NCBI GenBank assembly: GCA_029775925.1
Contig: JARVKB010000009.1
Coordinates: 11,283 to 75,282 of the forward strand
Reading direction: 5' to 3'
From: Nitrososphaeria archaeon
GTDB taxonomy: Archaea > Thermoproteota > Nitrososphaeria > Nitrososphaerales > JACAEJ01
DNA: 64,000 nucleotides
Part shown: positions 28,625-38,065 of the stretch, piece by piece
Numbering within the stretch: position 1 is the stretch's first letter
Layout: every line of letters starts with the position of its first letter
Notes under the pieces: model-generated
Seen by the model: only the letters and a program-made list of their open reading frames with translations
Databases searched by the model: none
What the model was told of the DNA's origin: nothing
Made by a program: the position numbers and the translations under genes

Positions 28625-29950
28625 TCATGGGTTTATTCTAGTTATAGTCCTTGGGAATAGAGTCGATGCCCTTATATGCTTCAAACCACAAATCCATCTT
28701 AAAAGCCTTTCAATGCCAATACCAAACCCTGAATGAGGCGGCAGACCGTATCTTCTTAAATCGAGATACCATGAGAATGACTCTACAGGTAATTCTTGCT
28801 TTCTTATCCTTTCCAATAAAGTATTGTAATCGTGTATTCTTTGCCCTCCTGTTGCTATCTCACCGTATCCTTCAGGAGCTATAAGATCTGAAGACAAAGT
28901 TATTCTCTCATCTTTAGGATCGGCCATATGGTAAAAGCTTCTAGCACTTAAAGGATAGCCAGTTATGAAGAATGGCTTATCAAAGCTTTTTGACAAAATA
29001 TTTTCAGCCTCAGTCGGTATATCACCACCCCATTCAAATTCTATACCTTTACTGATAGCAATTTCTCTAGCTTCATCATAGGTTATTCTTGGGAAAGGAG
29101 GATCAGGTGGTGAAAACTTTCTCCCTATAATCCTTAACTCTTCAGAACATTTTTCAAACACATTACTAATCATATGACATAATAAATCTTCTTCAAGCTT
29201 CATTATATCCTCATGAGTAGCAAAAGCTTGCTCTGCTTCAAGCATCCAGAACTCTGTCAGATGTTTTGCTGTTTTTGATTTCTCTGCTCTGAAAGCAGGT
29301 TGCAGTACAAATACTTTCTCAAAAGCACATATAGCAGCCTCTTCATAAAGTTGAGCACTTTGAGTGAGAAAAGCGATTTTGCCAAAGTAATTTAAATTGA
29401 ATAAAGTCGCTCCTCCTTCACAAGCTGATTGAACTAATGTTGGTGCATTGATTAAATGGAAGCCTTGCTTTTTAAAGAAATCAAAGGACGAGTATATCAA
29501 CTCAGACCTAATCTTCATAATTGATATCGCTTTTCTCCCTCTTATGGATAAATGCCTATTATCATAAAGGAAAGATGGAGATTTTATGGCACTCTTAGTT
29601 ATAGGCCACTTTTCTGATAAAGCTATTATCTTAAATTCTTTTACTGATATTTCTTTGCCTTTAGGAGCCCTTTCATCATCTCTTATCAAACCTCCTACCA
29701 TAACAGTAGACTCTAAGCTAACTCTTTTCATGGCATCGAGAGCTTTCTCATCAGTAATTCCTTCCTTTCCAGCAACTTGTATGAATCCACTGCCATCCCT
29801 AATTAAGCAGAATATTATTTTGCCCATAGCTCTCTTTGATGCTATCCAGCCCAATAGCCTAACATATTCTCCTTTATCAGATTTTAGAGCATCCGATATG
29901 CTATGAGTCCTAAATTTTAACCAATTTATATCCTCAAAAATTTTGCCCAA
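28625..29950 (-). CDS. asnS: Asparagine--tRNA ligase
   Basis: Class IIb motifs match archaeal AsnRS rather than AspRS: FRAEKSKTAKHLTEFWMLEAEQAF, APEGYGEIATGGQRIHDY, WYLDLRRYGLPPHSGFGIGIERL, LFPRT. TTG start. Confidence 0.8.
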   Translation of the reverse strand: MGKIFEDINWLKFRTHSISDALKSDKGEYVRLLGWIASKRAMGKIIFCLIRDGSGFIQVAGKEGITDEKALDAMKRVSLESTVMVGGLIRDDERAPKGKEISVKEFKIIALSEKWPITKSAIKSPSFLYDNRHLSIRGRKAISIMKIRSELIYSSFDFFKKQGFHLINAPTLVQSACEGGATLFNLNYFGKIAFLTQSAQLYEEAAICAFEKVFVLQPAFRAEKSKTAKHLTEFWMLEAEQAFATHEDIMKLEEDLLCHMISNVFEKCSEELRIIGRKFSPPDPPFPRITYDEAREIAISKGIEFEWGGDIPTEAENILSKSFDKPFFITGYPLSARSFYHMADPKDERITLSSDLIAPEGYGEIATGGQRIHDYNTLLERIRKQELPVESFSWYLDLRRYGLPPHSGFGIGIERLLRWICGLKHIRASTLFPRTITRINP

Positions 29951-30063
29951 TGCTAAAAATTAAGATAAGGCATTTTAAAAATTTGATGATTTAAAAATTA
30001 ATAAAGGTAAAAAGATAGAGCACTAGTATTAAAACACCTTTAACTATTTGGAAAAGGATTGGT

Positions 30064-30555
30064 ATGGAAAGTCTTTTTGATATAAGAAGACTCGACGAGT
30101 TGATGGAATATATAAAAAAACTCAGAAGAGATCTATCATCTAAACCTCTAAATGAAGTTCTTTACGATATAAATAGCTTCATAAAAAGGGCAAATAATGA
30201 TGGTTATAAGGCTACAAAGACCATACTATTGCTCAAGCCTGAAAAGGCGGTTACAGCAGAAAAAGCTTATGAAGAACTTTCATCATTGCTAGAAGATTTG
30301 AAGCAAGATTTAACATTAAAAAAGGAAAAAAGTAAGATAATACAAAAGCTAGAAGTCATAATATCGAAGATGGCTAGGCTCAGGATCTTGCTCAACATAT
30401 CCCTTGAGCTTCCTAATCCAATAATAAAAAAGATCATAAGTATGAGCAACTTAGAATTGAGTAAAAAACTCAAGAATCTACCAAAGACTAAAAGAATAAA
30501 GAGATCTAACTATATTCAATCGAAGATAACAGCTTTTACAAATAAAGGCGATTGA
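30064..30555 (+). CDS. Hypothetical K/E/L-rich helical protein
   Basis: ORF with the same codon style as its neighbours. It abuts moaC (stop at 30553..30555, moaC start at 30557). I recognised no motif. Confidence 0.4.
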   Translation: MESLFDIRRLDELMEYIKKLRRDLSSKPLNEVLYDINSFIKRANNDGYKATKTILLLKPEKAVTAEKAYEELSSLLEDLKQDLTLKKEKSKIIQKLEVIISKMARLRILLNISLELPNPIIKKIISMSNLELSKKLKNLPKTKRIKRSNYIQSKITAFTNKGD

Positions 30556-30556
30556 T

Positions 30557-30994
30557 ATGGTAAAAATGGTAGATATATCAAAAAAGCCAGAGCAATATAG
30601 AGAAGCTGTAGTTTATGGAGAGATAAAACTAAAGCCTGAAACTATAATGCTTATAAAAGAAGGAAAAGTAGAGAAGGGAGATCCTATTCAAATTGCAAAA
30701 TTAGCAGGAATCCAAGGAGCAAAGTTCACACCAAATATAATACCTCTATGCCATCCTATTCCTATTGAGAATATCGATGTTGATATTAGCATAGAAGATG
30801 ATAGAGTAATTGTAAAAGCTAGAGTAATTGCTAATAGCAAGACTGGAGTTGAGATGGAAGCTTTGACAGCAACAGCAATAGCTTTACTTAATATTTGGGA
30901 TGTAGTTAAAAAGTATGAGAAAGATGAAAAAGGTCAGTATCCTACAACAGCCATCATGAATATCAGAGTGGTTGAGAAAATAAAGAAGGCATGA
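30557..30994 (+). CDS. moaC: Cyclic pyranopterin monophosphate synthase MoaC
   Basis: KLAGIQGAKFTPNIIPLCHPIPI ... TGVEMEALTATAIALLNIWDVVK are MoaC motifs. Confidence 0.85.
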   Translation: MVKMVDISKKPEQYREAVVYGEIKLKPETIMLIKEGKVEKGDPIQIAKLAGIQGAKFTPNIIPLCHPIPIENIDVDISIEDDRVIVKARVIANSKTGVEMEALTATAIALLNIWDVVKKYEKDEKGQYPTTAIMNIRVVEKIKKA

Positions 30995-31076
30995 CCAAAT
31001 TTTAACCTTATTGATGAAAAATAAGGCTCAAATACAGATTCTAAACCATAGCTACACTTAGAGTTCAGATAGACTA

Positions 31077-31202
31077 GTCAAATTCTCTTACTGCACGCTC
31101 TACCATGGATTCTAACCCTCTATACAAGATTCGCCCTATATCCCAAACCAATAGTACCACTATAGCCACTACCACGGTTTGTGCAGCCACTACCAGTTGT
31201 GA
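31077..31202 (-). pseudogene. Out-of-frame 3' continuation of the 31205..32128 gene (lost C-terminal segment of repeat 2)
   Basis: Translates to SQLVVAAQTVVVAIVVLLVWDIGRILYRGLESMVERAVREFD*. This is homologous to SQLVVAAILVLFFWNIGRRLTRIVDEAMTRLIHE at the end of repeat 1 of the upstream ORF. Confidence 0.6.
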
Positions 31203-31204
31203 TC

Positions 31205-32128
31205 CTATCCTTGGTACAAGGCTATCAACTGTGATGCAAACCAGTATGCTACCACTACAAGTATTGTCAAAGAGATGTCTGTAACCACCCTCTTGAATGC
31301 CCTAGAGTGCTCAAAAGTTATCCCTGGCATCATATGAGCAAAAGTTTCAAAGTTTACGCCAGAAAGTGCAAATGCGTTGGCTACAAACCTAAAAGCAGTC
31401 AACGTGATTATAGCCAGTAGAATCACTAAAATGATCACACCTAGCGTTATTCCTGTATCAAGGATATCTATATTGAAAGTGATTGAAATTAATGGTAGTG
31501 ATGAGTAGCTCACAACTATAAGCCCGATCGTAGCTATGAAATATACGACTGCTTTCAGAATCCGCTCTTTGACTTCTATTTGTGATTTGTTATCATAGCC
31601 AGTCTCATGTATTAATCTGGTCATGGCTTCATCTACAATACGAGTTAGCCTTCTCCCAATATTCCAAAAGAAGAGCACTAGTATAGCGGCTACTACCAAT
31701 TGAGATGCTGGAGCGATAATGTAACCTACTACAGGGATCATAGGAAGTAATGGAGCAAAAGACCAATAGCCTATTAAGATGAAGATAATAAAAAGGAGGT
31801 TGACCAAAGTTCTGATTGCATGCCTAGCTTGCTCTGAGGTGACATCAGGAATCAATTCAGCAAGATTCTCTGGTTTGAAACCTAGGAGACGAAGAGTACT
31901 ACTCACAAACTTGATGAAGAAAAAGCACAATATTGCAAAAATGGCAATGTAAATGGCTGTTCCAAGAGAAATTCCGATGCCTAGCAAGCTTATCTCGAAG
32001 GAAAATCTTAGCAATGGTAGAATGGAGTAGCTGATTATGATTATCCCTATTAAAGTTATAAGATACAGTACTGTCTTGATAAGGGCTCTCTCTATACGCC
32101 TATAAATTGAGTTGCTCTTTATGGTCAA
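31205..32128 (-). CDS. Membrane protein built from two tandem homologous halves, apparently truncated by a frameshift
   Basis: The two halves align, for example KTVLYLITLIGIIIISYSILPLL with KAVVYFIATIGLIVVSYSSLPLI, and GYWSFA with AYWFA. The ORF stops right after the second YWFA. Confidence 0.6.
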   Translation of the reverse strand: MTIKSNSIYRRIERALIKTVLYLITLIGIIIISYSILPLLRFSFEISLLGIGISLGTAIYIAIFAILCFFFIKFVSSTLRLLGFKPENLAELIPDVTSEQARHAIRTLVNLLFIIFILIGYWSFAPLLPMIPVVGYIIAPASQLVVAAILVLFFWNIGRRLTRIVDEAMTRLIHETGYDNKSQIEVKERILKAVVYFIATIGLIVVSYSSLPLISITFNIDILDTGITLGVIILVILLAIITLTAFRFVANAFALSGVNFETFAHMMPGITFEHSRAFKRVVTDISLTILVVVAYWFASQLIALYQG

Positions 32129-32220
32129 TTACTAAGGCACTTAATTTTACCCGAATTAATTGATATGCCATAAAATATTTATTAAGATTTATATGCTTAT
32201 CGACCTAATAAAACATACCG

Positions 32221-32589
32221 ATGAACAAATATAATATTCAAATTGAATCTGGTTGTCAGATAATTACGCTTTCTAAAGATTTCCTAATCATAACGCTCAA
32301 GCCTGAAATTGTTGAGAGGCTAAAGGAGGTTACAAAAGGAGATCATTTGCTCAACCAGGCTGTATTGACTCTTTTAACATGGGCTCATCGCCCAATGATA
32401 CCTATCACAGATATATTAGATGTTGTAATAGAAGTTACTCCAAGCCCTCCGGGTAGCCCAGAGCTCATGAAGCTGATCATAAAAAGCACTTATCACGGCG
32501 GTCAAAGGTTATATGAGGTTTATCTTAAGCCTGACGATGCCCAGAAGTTAGCCAACGAGATTAAGATGCTCATAGGCTCCAAATTCTAA
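32221..32589 (+). CDS. Hypothetical protein
   Basis: 122-aa ORF in a coding-like context upstream of treT. I recognised no motif. Confidence 0.4.
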   Translation: MNKYNIQIESGCQIITLSKDFLIITLKPEIVERLKEVTKGDHLLNQAVLTLLTWAHRPMIPITDILDVVIEVTPSPPGSPELMKLIIKSTYHGGQRLYEVYLKPDDAQKLANEIKMLIGSKF

Positions 32590-32646
32590 CTCTCCATCTT
32601 TTATATTAAACTTAAAAGCAAGAAAGAAATAATCACCTTTGGGTAT

Positions 32647-33963
32647 ATGAGTAAAATGCCATCCCTCGGGGATTATGAAAAAATTGTTGGAGCCGATGTT
32701 ATCAACGAAATAATGAATCTAGGGGATAGGTTGGCAGGCAGAAGAGTCATTCATATAAATTCAACAAAGGTTGGAGGAGGAGTTGCAGAGATACTTCAAA
32801 AGCTTCTACCTCTTCTAAACGATTGCAAACTGAATGTTGAATGGCGTGTCATTGAAGGAGACGACAAGTTCTTTAGAATCACAAAAGATTTTCATAATGC
32901 GCTTCATGGAGCAGATTTAGAGATAAGCCAAGAAATGCTTGATCATTATCTCAAAGTTAATATGAAGAATGCAGAACGAATGGAGGATTTAAGTGAAGCA
33001 GACTTCGTTGTTATTCATGATCCTCAACCAGCTGCGATAATCAAGCATTTTCCTAAGAGAAAAGGAAAGTGGATATGGAGATGCCATATCGATGTTTCAA
33101 CGCCAAATGTTAGGGTTTGGGAGTTTCTCAAAACTTTTGTTTCTCAATACGATGCTGCAGTCTTTCATACCGATAAATTCGCAAAGAAGGACCTTTTGAT
33201 AAGACAATTCGTAATTCCGCCATCTATTGATCCTCTGAGTCCAAAAAATATGGAGATAAGTGCTGATGATATAGACAGAATTCTCTTAAAGCATGGAATA
33301 AAGAGAAATAAGCCCATAATATCTCAGATAGGTCGATTCGATAGATTAAAGGATCCTGCAGGTGTGGTCAGTATGTATAAGAGTGTGAAGAATCCTGGTG
33401 AAGTAGTGGATGTATTTAGGCTCTTTAGAGACGATGAATTCTTAGATCTAACACGGGCTGTTAAGAAGCCCATAGACTGTCAACTTCTGCTTGCAGGAGG
33501 TTTAGCTAAAGACGATCCCGAGGGGCAAGAAGTCTACCAAGAAGTTTTGAAAATGGTAAAAGGTGATAAGGACATCAAGATACTGATTCTCCCGCCTTTT
33601 GCAGATATTGACATTAATGCGATACAGAGGGCTTCCCATGTAGTCCTTCAAAAATCTTTGAAAGAAGGTTTTGCTTTGACGGTGAGCGAAGCTCTTTGGA
33701 AGGGCACACCTGTAGTGGGAGGGAATACTGGGGGGATACCTCTCCAAATAATTAACGGAGTAAATGGCTTTCTCGTAAATAGCATCGAAGAAGCTGCTGA
33801 TAGAGTTCGATTCCTTCTTATGAATCCCCAAAAGGCAAAAGAGATGGGAAAGGCCGGAAGGGAGCATGTGAGAAAGAATTTCCTGATAACAAGGTATGTT
33901 AGAGACCATCTATTAATGTATCTGACTTTGGAGCTAATCCCGAGAAAACTCATTCAGCTCTAA
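32647..33963 (+). CDS. treT: Trehalose glycosyltransferring synthase TreT (GT4)
   Basis: HINSTKVGGGVAEILQKLLPLLNDCKLNVEWRVIEGDDKFFRITKDFHNALHG matches the TreT N-terminal pattern. The C-terminal SLKEGFALTVSEALWKG is a GT4 motif. Confidence 0.7.
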   Translation: MSKMPSLGDYEKIVGADVINEIMNLGDRLAGRRVIHINSTKVGGGVAEILQKLLPLLNDCKLNVEWRVIEGDDKFFRITKDFHNALHGADLEISQEMLDHYLKVNMKNAERMEDLSEADFVVIHDPQPAAIIKHFPKRKGKWIWRCHIDVSTPNVRVWEFLKTFVSQYDAAVFHTDKFAKKDLLIRQFVIPPSIDPLSPKNMEISADDIDRILLKHGIKRNKPIISQIGRFDRLKDPAGVVSMYKSVKNPGEVVDVFRLFRDDEFLDLTRAVKKPIDCQLLLAGGLAKDDPEGQEVYQEVLKMVKGDKDIKILILPPFADIDINAIQRASHVVLQKSLKEGFALTVSEALWKGTPVVGGNTGGIPLQIINGVNGFLVNSIEEAADRVRFLLMNPQKAKEMGKAGREHVRKNFLITRYVRDHLLMYLTLELIPRKLIQL

Positions 33964-34034
33964 TTCTAATTCGACTTAAAATTTGATGGTGAAGAATTTT
34001 TTGTTCTAATTGCATGCTGTAAAGAAGAGCAAAA

Positions 34035-34802
34035 ATGAAGTATGTATTCGAGTCTTGGTCTGAGATTGAAGCACTCTTAAGGTCTAATAAAAGAGTGTAT
34101 GTTCTAGCAGATTACGATGGAACTCTAACACCTATAGCAAATTACCCTGATCAAGCAATCTTAAATGCGGATAATAGAGATTTATTGGAATCTTTTACAA
34201 AAGATAAAAGGTTCATATTAGCCATAATAACTGGGAGATCGCTCGAAGAGATTATTAACCTCGTTAAAATTCAAGGAGTTTATTACATTGGCAATCATGG
34301 ATTGGAGATAAAGGGTCCTTCACTAAACTTCATACACCCAATCGCAAAGAAACTTTCACCCAAAATTTCAAAGATATGTAAGAATCTAAAAGTGAAGTTC
34401 GAATCCATTAATGGAGTAATAGTTGAGGATAAAGGATTGACAGCCAGCATTCATTATAGGATGGCACCAAAAAGAATGATAGGAGAGATTAAGAAGGCTG
34501 TTAAGAACATGGTAAGATCGTATGTAGATTTTGAGATTAGGCATGGAAAGATGGTAGTTGAAATAAGACCTAAGGTTTCTTGGGATAAGGGCGATGCAGC
34601 ATTATGGCTAATTCAAAAACTAGGAGAAGATGGAATTCCAGTATATATTGGGGATGATAAGACAGACGAGGATGCCTTTAAGAAGATTAATTGGGGTATG
34701 GCGATTCTCGTCTCCAGTAGGAAGAGGAGATCAAATGCCAGATACTACCTTAAAAACCCAGAAGATGTGCACAAATTCCTTCACAGGTTGCTCAATTTTT
34801 GA
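34035..34802 (+). CDS. Trehalose-6-phosphate phosphatase (HAD, OtsB-like)
   Basis: VLADYDGTLTPIA (DxDGT), ITGRS and GDDKTDEDAF are HAD-IIB TPP motifs. Confidence 0.8.
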   Translation: MKYVFESWSEIEALLRSNKRVYVLADYDGTLTPIANYPDQAILNADNRDLLESFTKDKRFILAIITGRSLEEIINLVKIQGVYYIGNHGLEIKGPSLNFIHPIAKKLSPKISKICKNLKVKFESINGVIVEDKGLTASIHYRMAPKRMIGEIKKAVKNMVRSYVDFEIRHGKMVVEIRPKVSWDKGDAALWLIQKLGEDGIPVYIGDDKTDEDAFKKINWGMAILVSSRKRRSNARYYLKNPEDVHKFLHRLLNF

Positions 34803-34865
34803 CTTGTTTAGATGCTTTTCAAATGGCTTAAAAATATTTAACAGAGTTAGAAGCATATAGCTATA

Positions 34866-36227
34866 ATGAAAAGACTCAAGATCTGTGTTAACAGCCAGAC
34901 ACCGTTGATAAGGTTCAAGTTAGGGTATCCTGAACTTCTAGAGAAGTACGGTACTCTTGAAGAACCCATCGACCTGAAGATGTTCATCGAGGGCGAGGAT
35001 TATGAGTATACACCAGGAGGAGTAACAGCCATGGTCTACCCTGCCCTCAAAAGGATGATTAAAGAAGGTATTATCTATGAACCAAGTTGGGTATCCCTTG
35101 GTCCAAATGCTCCATCACAAGTATTTTTGGATGAGATGATGTTATATAATGTATCTTTAGAGGATAGAGATATTCATCTTTACTCTAGATTCAAGGAGGG
35201 AATATGGCAAGAGATTCATGGCTTAAGCAAGATGCAGATTAAACCTTCAGAATATGAGGCTTACACAAGATATAACTGGGCTACAGCCCAAGTTTTGTTC
35301 AAATTATTGCCTGAAGTAGATCTTTTCTGGATACATGATTTTCAGCAATTACAAATAGGCAACTTGATAGGACCTTCTGCTCCTACGATTTTCCGTTGGC
35401 ACATTCCGTTTCGCCTAGAAAACTTGTCTAAGAGGGTTAGAACGTTCATTTTAAAGAACATAGAGGCTTTTGATGCCATGATAGTGAGTACAAGAAGAGA
35501 ACTGGAGGGGTTGATACATGCAGGCTATCATGGGAAGGCTCATCAAGTTTATCCATATGTTGATCCTGATAAGTGGGATAAACCATCTAGTTCAGTTTTA
35601 GATAAGTTTAAGAATAAATTTGCGTTAAAAGATGAGAGTTTTCTGCTTACCGTTGCTAGAATGGACAGGATAAAAGGCCAAGATGTTGCCATAAAGGCTC
35701 TGTCTCTTTTGAAGGATATGTTTCCTGATCTGAAGCTCGTTCTGGTTGGAGATGGTAGCTTTACGAGCAGTAGTGCAGGAGGGCTTGCACATCCAAAAGG
35801 CTTTGTTTGGCGCGAGGAATTGCAGAAGCTTGTCAAAGAACTTAAGGTTGAAGACTCGGTAATATTTACAGGTTACTTGAAGCATGAAGAGGTAAAGGCT
35901 GCATACACTTTAGCTGAGGCAGTTATTGTTCCTTCTTACGTTGAAGGTTTTAACCTTACTACAATAGAGGGATGGCTTTATAAAAAACCCGTCATAGTAA
36001 GCAGAAGTACAGGCTCTTCCGAACTTGTAAACGAAGGAGTAAACGGCTACACCTTTGACTCTCATAATCCAAATGATTTGGCAGAAAAGATTAGAATGCT
36101 ATTAACGAATAAAGAAGCTTCTATGAAGATGGGAGAGAATGGTTTCTATACTTCAAGGCTATGCTATGTAGATAAGGCTGTTAAAAGACTTGCTAATATA
36201 TTCAACGAAGTCATAGAACAGTTTTGA
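34866..36227 (+). CDS. Glycosyltransferase with a trehalose-6-phosphate-synthase-like N-half and a GT4-type C-half
   Basis: The order of elements resembles OtsA: YTRYNWATAQVLFKLLPEVDLFWIHDFQQ, FRWHIPF, LLTVARMDRIKG, VPSYVEGFNLTTIEG. The assignment is tentative. Confidence 0.5.
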   Translation: MKRLKICVNSQTPLIRFKLGYPELLEKYGTLEEPIDLKMFIEGEDYEYTPGGVTAMVYPALKRMIKEGIIYEPSWVSLGPNAPSQVFLDEMMLYNVSLEDRDIHLYSRFKEGIWQEIHGLSKMQIKPSEYEAYTRYNWATAQVLFKLLPEVDLFWIHDFQQLQIGNLIGPSAPTIFRWHIPFRLENLSKRVRTFILKNIEAFDAMIVSTRRELEGLIHAGYHGKAHQVYPYVDPDKWDKPSSSVLDKFKNKFALKDESFLLTVARMDRIKGQDVAIKALSLLKDMFPDLKLVLVGDGSFTSSSAGGLAHPKGFVWREELQKLVKELKVEDSVIFTGYLKHEEVKAAYTLAEAVIVPSYVEGFNLTTIEGWLYKKPVIVSRSTGSSELVNEGVNGYTFDSHNPNDLAEKIRMLLTNKEASMKMGENGFYTSRLCYVDKAVKRLANIFNEVIEQF

Positions 36228-36319
36228 ATGAAAGCAAATTTTTAAGGAAGGATAACTGTCAAGTAATTGTATGAACATACCCTTTATGAATGAATTTTTA
36301 ATAATATTGGTGAAAGAAA

Positions 36320-36847
36320 GTGGCAAAGTCTTATGAGGAGCACAAGAGGTTAGCACCAAAGAGCGTAAACATATCGGTAATAACTGTAAGCTCATCAAGG
36401 TATGAGAAGGCATCTCAAGGAATACCAATTGATGATGAGTCTGGATCAAAAGCCATAGAAATGATAAAAGAGAGTGGTCATAATATAGTATCAAGAAAGC
36501 TTGTAAGTGATGATAAAGAGATGATAAGGCTTGAAGTGCTACGCAGCTTATATGATGAAGATGCTGATGTCGTAATTCTAACGGGAGGAACAGGCTTAGC
36601 GAAAAAAGATGTAACTTATGAGTCGATAAAGCCATTATTGGATAAAGAGATATCAGGATTTGGAGAATTGTTTAGAGGGATAAGCTATCAAAAGATAGGA
36701 TCTCCATCTTATCTATCAAGGGCTTTAGCTGGAACTTTAAATGGTAAATTAATATTCTGCTTACCAGGATCACCGAATGCTGTAGAAACAGCTTTAAGTT
36801 TGATATTACCAGAATTATCTCATATGATTTATCTCATAAGAATGTGA
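36320..36847 (+). CDS. moaB: Molybdenum cofactor biosynthesis protein MoaB/MogA family
   Basis: VVILTGGTGLAKKDVTYE ... FCLPGSPNAV are MoaB motifs. GTG start. Confidence 0.8.
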   Translation: MAKSYEEHKRLAPKSVNISVITVSSSRYEKASQGIPIDDESGSKAIEMIKESGHNIVSRKLVSDDKEMIRLEVLRSLYDEDADVVILTGGTGLAKKDVTYESIKPLLDKEISGFGELFRGISYQKIGSPSYLSRALAGTLNGKLIFCLPGSPNAVETALSLILPELSHMIYLIRM

Positions 36848-36851
36848 GAGA

Positions 36852-37763
36852 ATGCTTTTAGATTCTTATGGAAGATCGACTTATAATTTACGTGTATCTG
36901 TAACATCAAAGTGCAATCTAAATTGTATATTCTGCCATAAAGAAGGAAATAATGTTCTAGAAGATAAGCTCACGCCAAAAAGCATTGAAGAAATAGTAAG
37001 AATTGCATCAAGCTATGGAGTTAAAAAAGTGAAGGTAACTGGAGGGGAGCCTTTAATCAGAGAAGACATAGTTGAGATCGTGAATAGAGTATCATCAATT
37101 CGAGGCATTCAAGATTTATCGATGGTTACCAATGCATATCTATTAGAAAATCTGGCCGAGCCTTTAAAGAGAGCAGGATTGAATAGAGTCAACATAAACT
37201 TACCTTCATTAAATCCAAAAAAATATTATGAGCTTACAAAAGGTGAGCTCGAACCTGTTATAAAAGGAATTAAAGCTGCTGTAAAGTATGGATTAACACC
37301 TGTAAAGATAAACATGGTATTGTTGAAAGGAATAAACGATGATGAGCTTGATGACTATATAAAATTCTCAAGTGAAATTAACGCACAAATTCAAGTCATT
37401 GAGTTAGAGCCATTAAAGATAAAAAGTGAACTTTACGATAAGATGCACCTAGAACCTAGCTTTATTGAAGAGATTCTTGAGAAAAGAGCTTTAAAATCAT
37501 GGGTTAGAGAATCCATGCATAGAAGAAAAGTATACGATCTTGGCAATTCTATTGTTGAGGTAGTCCATCCAATCGATAATACAGAATTCTGCTCTTTTTG
37601 CAATAGAATACGCTTAACGAGTGATGGAGCCTTTAAGCCATGCTTGATGAGAGATGATAATAAAATATACATAAACGATGCCATTACTAAAAATGATCAT
37701 TCTAAAATTCTTAAGGCTTATCTAAAGTCTGTAATGAGCCGTGAACCTTATTTCAAGCCTTAA
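36852..37763 (+). CDS. moaA: GTP 3',8-cyclase MoaA (radical SAM)
   Basis: LRVSVTSKCNLNCIFCH cluster motif, VKVTGGEPL, and C-terminal FCSFCNRIRLTSDGAFKPCL second-cluster motif. Confidence 0.85.
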   Translation: MLLDSYGRSTYNLRVSVTSKCNLNCIFCHKEGNNVLEDKLTPKSIEEIVRIASSYGVKKVKVTGGEPLIREDIVEIVNRVSSIRGIQDLSMVTNAYLLENLAEPLKRAGLNRVNINLPSLNPKKYYELTKGELEPVIKGIKAAVKYGLTPVKINMVLLKGINDDELDDYIKFSSEINAQIQVIELEPLKIKSELYDKMHLEPSFIEEILEKRALKSWVRESMHRRKVYDLGNSIVEVVHPIDNTEFCSFCNRIRLTSDGAFKPCLMRDDNKIYINDAITKNDHSKILKAYLKSVMSREPYFKP

Positions 37764-37768
37764 TGATT

Positions 37769-38065
37769 TTATATTAGTTCATAATCAAGGGAGATATATT
37801 CTTCAATGTTTGGCTTGAAATACTCATCTCTATACTTTACATGAATTGGATGCTCCCTGTACTCCTTTAACAATCTTTCATTATCAAAGTCCATCGTTAT
37901 AGAATAATTGTATCTTGCATCTGGTTTAATGGATAATCCAACGGATAAGTTCTGAACCCCAGGGATCTTTGATAATGTTTCCTTAGTTGTCTTTACAAAT
38001 TGATCAAACTGCTTTATTGTGCTTGCTTTTAAATTGAATAAAACTATATGCTTTATCATAATCAA
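37769..38065 (-). CDS. Dabb (stress-responsive alpha/beta-barrel) domain protein
   Basis: IKHIVLFNLKAS ... EYREHPIHVKY is the typical Dabb pattern. Confidence 0.65.
   Translation of the reverse strand: MIMIKHIVLFNLKASTIKQFDQFVKTTKETLSKIPGVQNLSVGLSIKPDARYNYSITMDFDNERLLKEYREHPIHVKYRDEYFKPNIEEYISLDYELI

Noticed and set aside
28625-29950. Aspartyl-tRNA synthetase call for the class IIb synthetase.
   Set aside because: FRAEKSKT..HLTEFWMLE, APEGYGEI..GGQR and WYLDLRRYG..PHSGFG match my recollection of archaeal AsnRS rather than AspRS (FRAEEHNTTRHLNE..., EYRGVEISSGGQRE).
33502-33953. Two overlapping antisense ORFs (135 and 101 aa) within treT.
   Set aside because: They are opposite the conserved GT4 C-terminal domain of TreT and have no motifs. 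They are shadow ORFs.
36159-36635. 158-aa His/Leu-rich ORF antisense to the glycosyltransferase 3' end and to moaB.
   Set aside because: It overlaps two well-supported genes. Its sequence is repetitive H/L/S with no motif, so it is a shadow ORF.
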